This document shows, one piece after another, positions 1 to 9,794 of a DNA stretch of 64,000 nt. The DNA lies in the NCBI GenBank assembly GCA_032250835.1, contig JAVVEA010000001.1, forward strand, positions 32,001-96,000, given 5' to 3'. This DNA comes from a bacterium (GTDB lineage: Bacteria > SAR324 > XYD2-FULL-50-16). The notes below the pieces were generated by a model. The model had not been told where the DNA came from. It made no database searches and saw nothing but the letters and a program-made list of their open reading frames with translations. A program made the position numbers and the translations under genes. The number at the start of each line of letters is the position of its first letter. Within the stretch, counting starts at the first letter, position 1.

Positions 1-2
1 AT

Positions 3-1190
3 AAAAGCCGCCCTAGCCAGATCGAACCGGGCCTGGACGGTTATTTATTGAAGCCGCTTAGTATCGGCGACTCTTTAGAAAAGCTCGCCCGACCTCAGGT
101 GCAGCAAGACTTACCGGTCAGTCGTTTAGACCCCTTAACGGAACTGCTGCGGCCCCACATGATTTTCCGCAGTCCGGTGATGCGCCAACGCCTGCATATG
201 CTCCCGCAGATTGCCGCCAGTGGGCATGGGGTGTTGATCACGGGCGAGACGGGCACGGGTAAGGAAGTGGTCGCCCGCGCCTTGCATCATCTGAGTTCTT
301 TTAAGCAAGGGCCTTTTATCGCCGTCAATTGCGGGGCCATCCCCGAGACCTTGATCGAAGGCGAACTGTTCGGGCACGAGAAGGGGGCCTTTACCGGTGC
401 TGGGAATACCCACAAAGGTAAATTTGAGCTCGCCGAAGGGGGCACGCTGTTCTTAGACGAAATCGGGGAAATGCCTTTGGTGCTTCAGGCGCGTTTACTG
501 CGGGTTTTGGAAGAGCGCCAGTTGTACCGGGTCGGCGGAGAAAAGGCCATTGAGGTCAATGTGCGGGTCTTAGCGGCCACTCGGGTGGGCCTGCGTAAGG
601 CCGTAGAGGACGGCCTCTTCCGTCAGGACCTCTATTACCGTCTCAATATTTTGCCGGTCCATTTGCCGCCCTTGCGCGAACGCCGCGAAGACATCCCCCT
701 TTTGGCTTGGCATTTCTTAGAGCGGGCCTTCCATGAAGCGGGACGCAGCGCCCCCTTGCCCAGCCTTACCGACGCGGCCATCAACCTTTTATTAGACCAA
801 CCCTGGCATGGCAATGTACGCGAATTGCGCAACCTGATGACCCGCTTGGCGGTCCTGTTGCCCCCCCAGATCGCCTATATCGAGCCTAAACATCTGCGCG
901 CCTACTTTCCAGAGGCTATAGAGCAGCCTTCAGAATCTTTGGAGCCTAGCCCTAGCGGAACCCACCGTTTTAGTTCCGGGGTGATCGAATTGGACCAGAA
1001 GCCGCCTTCGCCCGGCTTGACGCAAAGCAATAAAGAGGGGATTTTTATACCCTACGGGTTGGAGATGGAAGAGGCCCAACGCCGAATTTTAGACATGACC
1101 CTCAACCGCACAGGCGGCAACAAAAGCGAAGCCGCGAGGATCTTGGGCATGAGCTTAAGGACCGTCCGCCGCCGCTATAACGAGTCTTGA
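3..1190 (+). CDS. NtrC-family sigma-54 enhancer-binding response regulator (5' end outside window)
   Basis: Walker [15 protein letters not shown] loop, [19 protein letters not shown] and a C-terminal Fis HTH. The frame is open back to base 3 and reads ...GLDGYLLKP, the end of a receiver domain, so the TTG at 48 is not the true start. Confidence 0.9.
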   Translation, partial: KSRPSQIEPGLDGYLLKPLSIGDSLEKLARPQVQQDLPVSRLDPLTELLRPHMIFRSPVMRQRLHMLPQIAASGHGVLITGETGTGKEVVARALHHLSSFKQGPFIAVNCGAIPETLIEGELFGHEKGAFTGAGNTHKGKFELAEGGTLFLDEIGEMPLVLQARLLRVLEERQLYRVGGEKAIEVNVRVLAATRVGLRKAVEDGLFRQDLYYRLNILPVHLPPLRERREDIPLLAWHFLERAFHEAGRSAPLPSLTDAAINLLLDQPWHGNVRELRNLMTRLAVLLPPQIAYIEPKHLRAYFPEAIEQPSESLEPSPSGTHRFSSGVIELDQKPPSPGLTQSNKEGIFIPYGLEMEEAQRRILDMTLNRTGGNKSEAARILGMSLRTVRRRYNES

Positions 1191-1193
1191 ACT

Positions 1194-2138
1194 ATGAAAA
1201 GCATCTTTATTGACGGGCATTCGGGCACTACCGGTTTGGAGCTGCAAGAGCGGCTCGCTGGACGGGAGGATTTAGAACTCCTACTGATTGATGCCGAACT
1301 CCGCAAGGATGCAACGGCCAAAAAGCAGCTCGCCGCCCAGGCCGATTTAGTCGTTCTCTGCTTGCCTGATGAGGCGGCCGTAGAAGCGGTAGAACTTTAT
1401 AAAGATTTGGGCTGCAAGATTTTAGACGCCAGCACCGCGCACCGGACCAACCCCGCCTGGGCTTACGGCTTGCCGGAGTTGTCACCCGAGCAGCGCGGGA
1501 AAATCAGCGGTGCCCCGTTGGTAGCTAATCCGGGCTGTTACCCCACCGGTTTTTTGCTGCTGGTCGCGCCCTTGGTTCGTGCCGGGCTGCTACCGGCCGA
1601 TTATCCGGTAGTGGTGCATGCTATGAGCGGTTATTCCGGCGGCGGGCGGCAGATGATCGAAGACTATGAACAAGAAATTGATTCTTCTTGGGCCGCCAGG
1701 ATCTACGGTTTGGACTTAAAACACAAACACAAACCCGAAATGTTCAGTCATTCGGGCCTGAGCCGAGCGCCGATTTTTGTGCCCCAGGTGGCTGACTTCC
1801 GCCAGGGAATGTTGGTGCAGGTGGCACTACACCGGGACCTACTAGGCCTCAAGAGCCCCGATGCGCTAGTCGAGATCGGCGCGATTTGGGAGCAAGCCTA
1901 CGGCCAGGAACGATTCATAGAGCCCCTTGAAGGCCCCAGTCTTTCGGCTTTAGATGGGAAGTTTTTAGCAGCCACAGCGCTCAACGGCACCAACCGAGTG
2001 GAGTTGATGCGCTTTGGGCAGGAGGATCAAATCTTGCTCTGCGCCCGCTTAGATAACCTAGGCAAAGGGGCCAGCGGCGCAGCGGTGCAAAACCTTAATT
2101 TGATGCTGGATCTGGAAGAATCGCTGGGCTTAGACTAG
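1194..2138 (+). CDS. argC: N-acetyl-gamma-glutamyl-phosphate reductase (type 2, short form)
   Basis: IFIDGHSGTTG N-terminus, ANPGCYPT catalytic Cys, SGYSGGG, DNLGKGASGAAVQN. Confidence 0.95.
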   Translation: MKSIFIDGHSGTTGLELQERLAGREDLELLLIDAELRKDATAKKQLAAQADLVVLCLPDEAAVEAVELYKDLGCKILDASTAHRTNPAWAYGLPELSPEQRGKISGAPLVANPGCYPTGFLLLVAPLVRAGLLPADYPVVVHAMSGYSGGGRQMIEDYEQEIDSSWAARIYGLDLKHKHKPEMFSHSGLSRAPIFVPQVADFRQGMLVQVALHRDLLGLKSPDALVEIGAIWEQAYGQERFIEPLEGPSLSALDGKFLAATALNGTNRVELMRFGQEDQILLCARLDNLGKGASGAAVQNLNLMLDLEESLGLD

Positions 2139-2425
2139 CCGTGTTTGGGGTGCTCACTGACCTGTAGGATCGCGTAGCGGACTACGTCATCAACATCCTG
2201 GGCGCTGACTTCGCGGTTTAAGATGATACTCCCGGCGTGGGCATAGGTCGCGGGCAAGCGCGATAAAGATAGGGCGTAGACATCTTCAATGCACATACTG
2301 CATTGGTCGAATGCCGGGTACTCGGGCATCAATTTTCTGATCGAGCCGACCACCAGAATCTCGCAGATATTTCGTACCTGCTCTAGCGAATGCCCGTTGA
2401 CTTCATACTTTTCTTTTTTGCTCAT
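2135..2425 (-). CDS. ComFB-family small protein (probable cyclic dinucleotide receptor)
   Basis: NxxE...CxxCxxDVYALSLSRLPxxY pattern typical of ComFB. GGAGG RBS before the ATG at 2425. Confidence 0.75.
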   Translation of the reverse strand: MSKKEKYEVNGHSLEQVRNICEILVVGSIRKLMPEYPAFDQCSMCIEDVYALSLSRLPATYAHAGSIILNREVSAQDVDDVVRYAILQVSEHPKHG

Positions 2426-2446
2426 CAATCCTCCCTAGATGAACTC

Positions 2447-2476
2447 ATTATAAGCTGCTTTGCTTCGCGCTGGCAA
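2447..2476 (-). promoter_or_regulatory. sigma-70 promoter for the ComFB-like gene
   Basis: TTGCCA-N18-TATAAT on the minus strand, just upstream of the RBS. Confidence 0.65.
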
Positions 2477-2485
2477 TCAATTAGC

Positions 2486-5257
2486 CTAGATTCGACGGCC
2501 ATAGCGGGCCAATAGGTCTTGCAACCCAAAGGGGTCGATGGGTTTGGCGAGATAATCATCCATACCTGCGTCTAAATAGCGTTCACGGTCCCCTTTCATG
2601 GCGTTGGCGGTCATGGCCACGATCCAAGGCCTCACTTGACGGCCCACCAGATTGCGGGTGACCTCTAAACCATCCATCTCGGGCATTTGTATGTCTAGTA
2701 ATAACAAGTCGTACTGCTGGGCATCAATCATCTTTAAGGCTTGCAGGCCGTCGGTGGCCAGGTCCGCTGCAAAGCCCATCTTTTCTAATAGCTTGAGGAC
2801 CAAAGCTTGATTGAGCTCGTTATCTTCAGCAATCAAGATGCGCAAAGGGTGGCGTTGCCCTAAACCCGCATCCAGGGTCAACACATTCTCCAGTTTGCGG
2901 CTCGAAAGCATGCCTAGGGCGCGGTCCATGTTTAGGAATAGCGCCTCTAAGCGGACCGGCTTGTTGACCAGTAGCCCGCCCGGGCAAGCTTCTTCGATGG
3001 GGTCTCGATTTAAAAAACCCAGCTTGACCATGGGCAACTTCCGGGCTTTTAAAGCCACACAAAAGGCGTTAAGTTCTTGGTGATGTTGGTGGATTTCTTT
3101 GGGCAGGTTGATCAACAACAACCCGTTGTCTTTAAGATCCGCCAACTGCTTGATCGCTCCATCGAGGCTGAACATCTCCGGGTTTAAACCCTCCTGGCGA
3201 AGCAGGCTGGCCAAATGGGAACGGTGCACCGGGTCTGAGTCGAAGAGATAAATTGGCCGACCTTGGAGACTTGCCGAGGCTTTAGGTCGTTCTAGTTGCC
3301 TAGAGCTTAGAGTCGATTCGATGGTGAAATAGAAGGTCGAGCCTTGATTCGGCGAACTTTCAACCCAAATCTTTCCACCCATTAATTCAACCAACTGGCG
3401 GTTGATCGCCAAGCCCAAACCGGTGCCGCCATAGCGTCGGGTGGTGCTGGAATCTAGCTGCTTGAAGGGCTCGAAAAGGGATTCTTGGGTGGAGGGATCG
3501 ATTCCGATCCCTTGGTCTTTGATAGAAAATTGGAGGGTTAGTCTTTGGCCTTTGTGTCGTTCAAGTTTGACCCCAACGATCACCTCGCCTTCATCAGAAA
3601 ACTTGATCGCGTTGCCCACCAAGTTGATTAAGATTTGGCGAATCCTTACCGGGTCGCCCATGACCGTCTCAGGCACCTGGGGGTGGACGTGGTAAAGCAG
3701 TTCTAAACGCTTGGCCGCTGCCTTGGAAACACAGAGGCTAAAGGTTTCTTCAATCACTACTTTGAGGTTCAAGGGCGAGGATTCAAACTGAATCCGAGAG
3801 CTTTCGAGCCGCGTAAAATCTAAGATGTCATTGATCACCGTCAGAAGGTTTTCACCACATTGGCCGATGATATTAACAAATTCATTTTGTTCGGAACTTA
3901 ATTCCGTCTGACTCAGGAGGCTGGTCATCCCCAAAACACCGTTTAAGGGGGTGCGGATCTCGTGGCTCATGGTGGCCAGAAATCGGCTCTTCGCCATGAC
4001 CGCGCTTTCTGCGGCGCTCTTGGCCCTAGAAAGTTCGGCCAAAGTGGCTTTGCGCTCGGTGATGTCGCGCACCAAACAAGCCAATCGGCCCTGTTGGGGG
4101 ATAAAGGCAAATATTTCCAGGCTTTTGTTAATCCGACGGGCGTCGACCTCGAAGCGAGCGCTTTGGCCGGTCGTTGCTACCTCGATCAATTGCTCAAACC
4201 AATCGCGATTGCCTTGGGTGACCAGCGCACTGAGCGGCGTTTGGGCAAAGGCTTGGCCTGAGTAGCTGGTAATTTCGGTGACGGCCCGGTTGGCTTCGAC
4301 AAAGGCAAAGTCCGAAGGTAAGCCGGCCTCGTCGCAGACCACATCAAAGAGGATAAAGCCGTCTTCGGCGGCTTCGAACAGGGCGCGGTATTTTACCTCC
4401 TGCTCGGCCAATTCCAGTTCCGCTTGCTTAGAGGTGGTTACATCACGCACCACAACGGCCGCCTCTTTCACCCGGCCTTGCTCGTCTAGGTTGGGGTAAA
4501 AGATGCTATGAAACCAACGTTCGCCAACTTGGTCGGTCTCAGAATTAGTTTTTGCCTGGGCCACGAGGATTTCATATCGAGAGCGAAACACCTGTAATTG
4601 CTGGGGCTCTAAAAGATCCCAGAGATTTTGGTTTAACAGCTTATCTAAAGGGCGTTTGAAGTAGCTGGAAGCTGCTTGGTTGGCCTGTAAGATCGCCCCT
4701 TCGGGGTCGAGCAGCATGATCAGGGAAGTTGGGGCGTCCAGCAAGGTGCGGATGCGCTCTTGTTGCCGGTTGAGTTCCAGCTGGGTGTCGTAGAGTTCCT
4801 GGACATCTTTGGCGACCAACAGGAGGTGGGGTTCGCCTTGGAACTGGATCACCTTTCCTGAGATCAGCGCCGTCTTTTTTTGCCCATTGGCAAGATTAAA
4901 CTGTCTTAGCTGAACCTTCAATTCGCCCGTTTGAGCCAGTTCTCGGTAGGCTTGTTGTCGTTCCTCTTCAAAGCACCACAGGTTGATATCTCCGGCAGTT
5001 TTGCCGATCAACTGGTCACGCCGGTATCCGGTCAAGCTCAAGAAGCCTTCATTCACGTCCACCACTTGGTGGTTGTCTAGGCGGGTAATGGTAACGGAGA
5101 CGGGGTTTAGCTCGAAGGCGACGTGGTAGCGTTCCGCCTGCAAAGTAAGGGATTCAAGGCGTTCATCTTGGGCCTGGACCTGCCCTTGCAACTGGGCAAT
5201 TTGGGCTTCCAGTTCAAGAATGCGTTTTTGTGCCGCCTGTAAATCGCCGTTGGACAT
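2486..5257 (-). CDS. Soluble hybrid sensor histidine kinase (multiple PAS, HisKA, HATPase, degenerate REC, REC)
   Basis: FLATMSHEIRTPLNG H-box, NLVGNAIKF, GGTGLGLAI, C-terminal LLLLDIQMPEMDG receiver, and PAS/PAC-like segments ending (R/K)D(I/V)(T/Q). Confidence 0.92.
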   Translation of the reverse strand: MSNGDLQAAQKRILELEAQIAQLQGQVQAQDERLESLTLQAERYHVAFELNPVSVTITRLDNHQVVDVNEGFLSLTGYRRDQLIGKTAGDINLWCFEEERQQAYRELAQTGELKVQLRQFNLANGQKKTALISGKVIQFQGEPHLLLVAKDVQELYDTQLELNRQQERIRTLLDAPTSLIMLLDPEGAILQANQAASSYFKRPLDKLLNQNLWDLLEPQQLQVFRSRYEILVAQAKTNSETDQVGERWFHSIFYPNLDEQGRVKEAAVVVRDVTTSKQAELELAEQEVKYRALFEAAEDGFILFDVVCDEAGLPSDFAFVEANRAVTEITSYSGQAFAQTPLSALVTQGNRDWFEQLIEVATTGQSARFEVDARRINKSLEIFAFIPQQGRLACLVRDITERKATLAELSRAKSAAESAVMAKSRFLATMSHEIRTPLNGVLGMTSLLSQTELSSEQNEFVNIIGQCGENLLTVINDILDFTRLESSRIQFESSPLNLKVVIEETFSLCVSKAAAKRLELLYHVHPQVPETVMGDPVRIRQILINLVGNAIKFSDEGEVIVGVKLERHKGQRLTLQFSIKDQGIGIDPSTQESLFEPFKQLDSSTTRRYGGTGLGLAINRQLVELMGGKIWVESSPNQGSTFYFTIESTLSSRQLERPKASASLQGRPIYLFDSDPVHRSHLASLLRQEGLNPEMFSLDGAIKQLADLKDNGLLLINLPKEIHQHHQELNAFCVALKARKLPMVKLGFLNRDPIEEACPGGLLVNKPVRLEALFLNMDRALGMLSSRKLENVLTLDAGLGQRHPLRILIAEDNELNQALVLKLLEKMGFAADLATDGLQALKMIDAQQYDLLLLDIQMPEMDGLEVTRNLVGRQVRPWIVAMTANAMKGDRERYLDAGMDDYLAKPIDPFGLQDLLARYGRRI

Positions 5258-5376
5258 GGATTGGATTCCTTTGACCCAGTTTAGATTCTAAAGGGTAGTT
5301 CTCTTAAAAACTTTGCGCTAGAATGATAATTCAAGGAACCGTTAAAATCCATCTAGATTGAAAAGGATGTTTTGTT

Positions 5377-5613
5377 ATGGCAAGAAATAGAAAGAGTCGA
5401 TTCCCCTGGATGAGTCTTATCCTGGCCCTGGCCCTTTTGGTGCTAGCTCTTAAATACATTCCGCCGGTAAACGATTGGGCCCGGGGCAATCTGCCTGAAG
5501 CTGTGTTGAGCCTCATAGGTGAGCGGCCTAAAAACTTCCTTGAGCGCGGAGCCGACGGCTTGGGCAAGGGCTTGGAAAAGGCTACCGATAAGGTCAAAGG
5601 CCTATTGGAATGA
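5377..5613 (+). CDS. Small membrane-anchored hypothetical protein
   Basis: Basic N-terminus, one hydrophobic helix, amphipathic C-terminus; AAGGA upstream. Confidence 0.6.
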   Translation: MARNRKSRFPWMSLILALALLVLALKYIPPVNDWARGNLPEAVLSLIGERPKNFLERGADGLGKGLEKATDKVKGLLE

Positions 5614-5615
5614 CT

Positions 5616-5990
5616 TTAAAGAGCGGCTTTGAGCCGATCTAGCAGTTCTAATTCTTCGGTTTCGAGAATCTGGTCGGCTTGCATCACTTCGGTCATCAAT
5701 CCGACCAAAGCTTCGCGTTCAGCCCTTTCTAGCTGGGGTAGTACTTTCTCAAAAAAGCCATCGGCGTGGTCTCTGGTGAGGCCGTCGAGCGGAAGGGGCG
5801 CGAAGAATGCGACGACCTGCTGGTCGATGAGGCGGAAGAACTCGTTTTGGTCGCCCATCTCTGGGGTCCAATGGCTAGTCGTAAAATTTTGGATCACCGA
5901 GATTTCGTCATCGTCCATATAGCCGTCCACTGCCGCCATGATAAAGGCCGCGAAAACGATGTGGTGGAGAGACTCTTTGGTTAGTTTCAT
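5616..5990 (-). CDS. TerB-like (tellurite-resistance fold) protein
   Basis: MAAVDGYMDDDE ... VMQADQILETEELELL, the twin ADG..E motifs of the TerB fold. Confidence 0.7.
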   Translation of the reverse strand: MKLTKESLHHIVFAAFIMAAVDGYMDDDEISVIQNFTTSHWTPEMGDQNEFFRLIDQQVVAFFAPLPLDGLTRDHADGFFEKVLPQLERAEREALVGLMTEVMQADQILETEELELLDRLKAAL

Positions 5991-6101
5991 GATTCCCCAG
6001 AAAGGATTAAATCCTTTGTTACATTCCTATCCTTACTCCATCTACGCTAGAGTTTAAAGTAAAAACTGTCCCAGAGTCTTAAACAATTGGGCTAGCAGAA
6101 T

Positions 6102-6521
6102 TCACTCTAATCGGGGCCGGTGCCACCCTAGTAACCGGGGTAAGACTTCCACCGGCTGGGGCTGGTTCAGGCCAAAGTCGCCAAAAAATTGGGTTCCATT
6201 ATGTTCGAGCCGTAACCAACGAGGGAATTTTTTGCCCCAGTGCTTCACCGGTAAATCGAGCTTGCCCCCGGGCGTGGGGCCAGCTGAAATCAGGGGGCGG
6301 TAGACCAGCGCCAGATGATTCCCGATCCAATAAGGGGCCAAATCGATGGGGCCCTCTTCGCTGATCTGGAGTTCTTTGCGGACTAAGTCGTCGATCAGCA
6401 GGGTCATTTGTACAAACAGGGGTGAACTCCGGGCCGCAAGTTGGCGGTGGGCACGACGGCTTAATTGCAACCTGAGGGTCCGGCCGTGGCAGTTAAGTTG
6501 TTGGATCATGAAGCGCTCCAA
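6102..6521 (-). CDS. Conserved-type hypothetical protein
   Basis: 139-aa ORF. LSRRA..QL..R..PL..QM.L and PRWLRL...F.G.FG segments recall an uncharacterised proteobacterial family (from memory, unverified). Confidence 0.55.
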   Translation of the reverse strand: MERFMIQQLNCHGRTLRLQLSRRAHRQLAARSSPLFVQMTLLIDDLVRKELQISEEGPIDLAPYWIGNHLALVYRPLISAGPTPGGKLDLPVKHWGKKFPRWLRLEHNGTQFFGDFGLNQPQPVEVLPRLLGWHRPRLE

Positions 6522-6598
6522 GTGGTTAAATCCTTGCCAAATAGCTTAGCAGAAAAAACTTGGTAGCGGAAAGGAAAATTGGCGGGGCCTTGGCGGGC

Positions 6599-6630
6599 AA
6601 AAAAAAGCCCGGCAGAACCGGGCTTTTTTT
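6599..6630. terminator. Intrinsic terminator (symmetric A/T flanks)
   Basis: A8-GCCCGG-cagaa-CCGGGC-T7, just downstream of the 394-aa minus-strand gene. Confidence 0.85.
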
Positions 6631-6652
6631 GAGGTTGCAGCTAGGCGGCAGC

Positions 6653-7837
6653 CTACTTTTTCTTAGAGGCTTTGATCTCCTCTAGCTCTTCTTCTTTTAC
6701 TTCAGCCTTTTTCTTAGGTGCCTTTTTAGACTCCGCCTCTTCTTTACTCGGCACCCGGGTTTTGGGCTCAGGGACCAAGGTCGGTTCTTCTTCCACTGCT
6801 TCCTTGGCGGCCTTCGGGGCGGCTTTGGGCTTGGATTCTGATTTGTTGAAGTTGATTGAGCCTTTGAACTCGCCTAGGTCGGGGTTGTTCATGTGGGTCA
6901 TCTCGGTGCTCTTGACCATCACCGCAGCGTAAAGGCTGCTGCTCACTTCGGTGGCCGCTTTTAGGCGTTCGTCTTGGACCTTATTTAAGGCGTCGTAAAG
7001 ACTGTCGCCCACTTGCTCGCCAATCGCTTTGCGCGGGTCTTTGGTGAACACGGTATTGAACTGGATGTTGTTCAAAATCTTCTTGCGGGTGTTTTCTTTT
7101 AGGCGGCTACGCTCCAATATAGAGCCCAATTCCTTAAAGACCAGCGATTCGTTGATCTCAAGGTATTGGCTGCCCGACTCGTCATAGGCCAGGAAGTTTT
7201 GGTTTAAGATCTGTTCTAGGTTGTAATAAACCAGATCGATGATCTCTTGGCCCGAATCGAGGGGCAGGAACATCTGGGCATGGTTGATGGTCTCGCCTTG
7301 TGCGTGGATGCGGTAACCAACATAGATATTCAAGCCCTTGGCTAGGGTCTCGTCTAGATAATTACGCCCAGGGGTAGGCACTTGATTCTCGGTGGATAAC
7401 ACCACTCCGTCCAATACCCTAGCGGCCATATCGGGCCGGGTTTGGCCTTGGGCAAAGTGCCGCTCCATTTCGCGCATCAAAAGGCTGTTGCCCTGACCGC
7501 TTAAGATGGTGTTGGCAATGCCGAAATGACTCGACTTGGGGTCCGCCGAGTAGTAGTAGCCCATAATGGACGTGTAAATAGACTTGGCGAAATTGCGGAT
7601 GATTTTGTTTTCATCCGAAAGGCAAGGGATCGACAAGACCACCCGCTCGGGGTTAGCCAAAGGTGTATCCAAAACCAATCGAATCGCCGGTTCGGCGAAA
7701 AGAAAGGGGCGGATGTTGGCTTCGATTTGATCGATAACTGCTTCTTCGTCGCTGAAGCGGATCTCGGCGGCTTCACTGCCAAGCATGTATTGGCGGCCAG
7801 TGCCGCAGGATTCGACGTGCCAGGCGCAATCACTCAT
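6653..7837 (-). CDS. Hypothetical protein with Lys/Glu-rich disordered C-terminal tail
   Basis: 394-aa ORF with GAGGAG RBS, own promoter and own terminator; no family recognised. Confidence 0.8.
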   Translation of the reverse strand: MSDCAWHVESCGTGRQYMLGSEAAEIRFSDEEAVIDQIEANIRPFLFAEPAIRLVLDTPLANPERVVLSIPCLSDENKIIRNFAKSIYTSIMGYYYSADPKSSHFGIANTILSGQGNSLLMREMERHFAQGQTRPDMAARVLDGVVLSTENQVPTPGRNYLDETLAKGLNIYVGYRIHAQGETINHAQMFLPLDSGQEIIDLVYYNLEQILNQNFLAYDESGSQYLEINESLVFKELGSILERSRLKENTRKKILNNIQFNTVFTKDPRKAIGEQVGDSLYDALNKVQDERLKAATEVSSSLYAAVMVKSTEMTHMNNPDLGEFKGSINFNKSESKPKAAPKAAKEAVEEEPTLVPEPKTRVPSKEEAESKKAPKKKAEVKEEELEEIKASKKK

Positions 7838-7890
7838 GAACGGCTCCTCAAGTGGATTAGGGGGGTTGGCACCCTAGGAGTTTTAAGGCA

Positions 7891-7920
7891 AATCTAATGG
7901 AATCTCGACGAATAAGTCAA
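7891..7920 (-). promoter_or_regulatory. Putative sigma-70 promoter
   Basis: TTGACT-N18-TAGATT upstream of the 394-aa gene. Confidence 0.5.
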
Positions 7921-7968
7921 CGTTAATAAAAAAACCGGCGGACCCCGCCCCAAGCCTCCCCAAGCGCT

Positions 7969-9093
7969 ATGACCCAGTTGGATCCGGTAGATTTAACCAG
8001 ACATTTGATCAGCCTAAACAGCGTCAATCCCCCCGGTAACGAACGTCCTATCGCCTTGATGTTGGACGCTATCTTATCGCAATCTGGGTTTCAGACGAAA
8101 CTGGTGGATTACGAGCAAAACCGCTCCAGCTTGATTGCTTGGTGCGGAAGTGGCGACAAACCGGCTCTTTGCATGACCGGCCATATGGACGTGGTCCCCT
8201 TGGGTCAGGCCCCCTGGACGCAGGACCCCTTTGCCGGGACCATCGAAGGGGACCGACTCTTTGGGCGTGGGGCCTCGGATATGAAAGGTGGGGTGGCCGC
8301 CATGGTTACCTCGGCGATTGAGGCGAGGCACCGGTTCGCGGGTTTGGAGTTGGTCTTGGTGATCACCGCGGACGAAGAGGTGGGCTGTACGGGAGCAAAA
8401 GTTTTATTTGAAGGCGGACACCTAAACCAAAAGGTTGGCGCTATTTTGGTCTGTGAACCAACCAGCAACCTCCCTGATTTGGGCCATAAGGGCAGTCTTT
8501 GGCTCGAAGCGATACTGCGGGGCGTCACCGCCCACGGGAGTACGCCCCACTTAGGTGAGAACGCCGTTTATAAGGCCGCAGAAAAGGTCTTAGCAGTTCG
8601 GGACTTTCAGTTTGATCCGGTCGAACATCCGCTCTATGGTCGTCCGACCCACAATGTCGGCAACATCAAAGGCGGCTTGAACATCAACTCAGTCCCAGAC
8701 CGAGCCAGTTTCCATATAGACATCCGTACGGTGCCCTCAATGGACCATCAAGCGCTTACAAACCAGTTTAAACAATTGTTAGGCCCTGAGACGCAGTTGC
8801 GGGAGGTGATCAATGTTGAGCCCGTAGAAACGGACCCACAAGATCCCTGGATTCAGGATTGTTTGGCACTGCTTAAAGACCACCAGGGCCAAGAACCCCC
8901 GATCCGAGGCGGGGTCTACGTGACCGACGCATCGGTCTTGGCTAAGGCCTACGGCAAGCCCCCGGTTTTGGTTTTAGGCCCCGGAGATTTCGCCCAGGCC
9001 CATAAAACCGACGAATCCTGCTCAGTCTCTTTGATCCATGAGGCCCATCAGCTTTACCTAGAAATATTAAAACGTTGGTCCCAGCGGCCTTAG
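7969..9093 (+). CDS. M20 family metallo-deacylase (ArgE/DapE-like)
   Basis: GHMDVVP, GRGASDMKGG, ADEE, EPT, AHGS and AHKTDE metal-ligand motifs. Confidence 0.9.
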   Translation: MTQLDPVDLTRHLISLNSVNPPGNERPIALMLDAILSQSGFQTKLVDYEQNRSSLIAWCGSGDKPALCMTGHMDVVPLGQAPWTQDPFAGTIEGDRLFGRGASDMKGGVAAMVTSAIEARHRFAGLELVLVITADEEVGCTGAKVLFEGGHLNQKVGAILVCEPTSNLPDLGHKGSLWLEAILRGVTAHGSTPHLGENAVYKAAEKVLAVRDFQFDPVEHPLYGRPTHNVGNIKGGLNINSVPDRASFHIDIRTVPSMDHQALTNQFKQLLGPETQLREVINVEPVETDPQDPWIQDCLALLKDHQGQEPPIRGGVYVTDASVLAKAYGKPPVLVLGPGDFAQAHKTDESCSVSLIHEAHQLYLEILKRWSQRP

Positions 9094-9172
9094 GGGGCGT
9101 ATATAAATAAATTCGTATAATCAGCTTACTGGACCTTAATCAAACAGTGTTTTATTAGGTTGAAGTTTTTTC

Positions 9173-9201
9173 TTGAGTAAATCCGATAACTTGGCTAAGA
9201 T
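9173..9201 (+). promoter_or_regulatory. Putative sigma-70 promoter of the CBS-sdh operon
   Basis: TTGAGT-N17-TAAGAT; an imperfect palindrome TAATcAAAC-agt-GTTTtATTA lies just upstream at 9137-9157. Confidence 0.5.
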
Positions 9202-9326
9202 TCCCGAACATTTTCTATTCGCCATCCGGGTACTCGCCGCATAGGGTTTGAACCCGGGGCCTACAGGCCGGACAGGCCGAATTTCCAGCGACCCACAATA
9301 CCCTAAAGAACCTCTAAGGTTGTGCT

Positions 9327-9770
9327 ATGGAACAGTTGAAAAAGATTCGCAATACGCCGGTTTCAGAATTGATGTCCAAAAACTGCCCCGTAATCGAAGG
9401 CAGTAAAATGGTCTCGGAAGCTTTGGCTTTGATGAAGACCCACGGCGTCACCGCTTTGGTAGTTAAACCCCGCAGTGAAGAAGACACCTTCGGCATTGTT
9501 ACCGAGGCGGATGTCTTAAAAAAGGTGGTGGACCCCGGTGAAGAAACCTACGCCGACCTCTGGAACACCCCGGTTTATCAGATCATGACCAAGCCCTGCA
9601 TCATGGTAAACCCCGGCATGCGCGTTAAATACGCTTTGCGCCTGATGGGCCGCCAGCGTATCCGCCGCCTATTGGTGGTGGACGGCAACAACCTACTTGG
9701 ACTGCTCGAAGAAGGCCATGTCCTCAGCGCTGTTCAAGAGCTTCCGGTTAACAAAGGCGTAGCCCTTTAA
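9327..9770 (+). CDS. Tandem CBS-domain protein
   Basis: VSELMS...GIVTEADVL...VYQIMTKP...RRLLVVD...LGLL CBS pair. Confidence 0.9.
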   Translation: MEQLKKIRNTPVSELMSKNCPVIEGSKMVSEALALMKTHGVTALVVKPRSEEDTFGIVTEADVLKKVVDPGEETYADLWNTPVYQIMTKPCIMVNPGMRVKYALRLMGRQRIRRLLVVDGNNLLGLLEEGHVLSAVQELPVNKGVAL

Positions 9771-9794
9771 TTTCGAACCTTTTAGGGACCCATC

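Noticed and set aside
48-1190. Sigma-54 activator lacking a regulatory domain
   Set aside because: The frame is open to the window edge and ends a receiver domain (DGYLLKP), so this is a window truncation.
9202-9326. Riboswitch in the CBS-sdh leader
   Set aside because: Only short hairpins and a duplicated ACAGGCCG; no recognisable aptamer or terminator.
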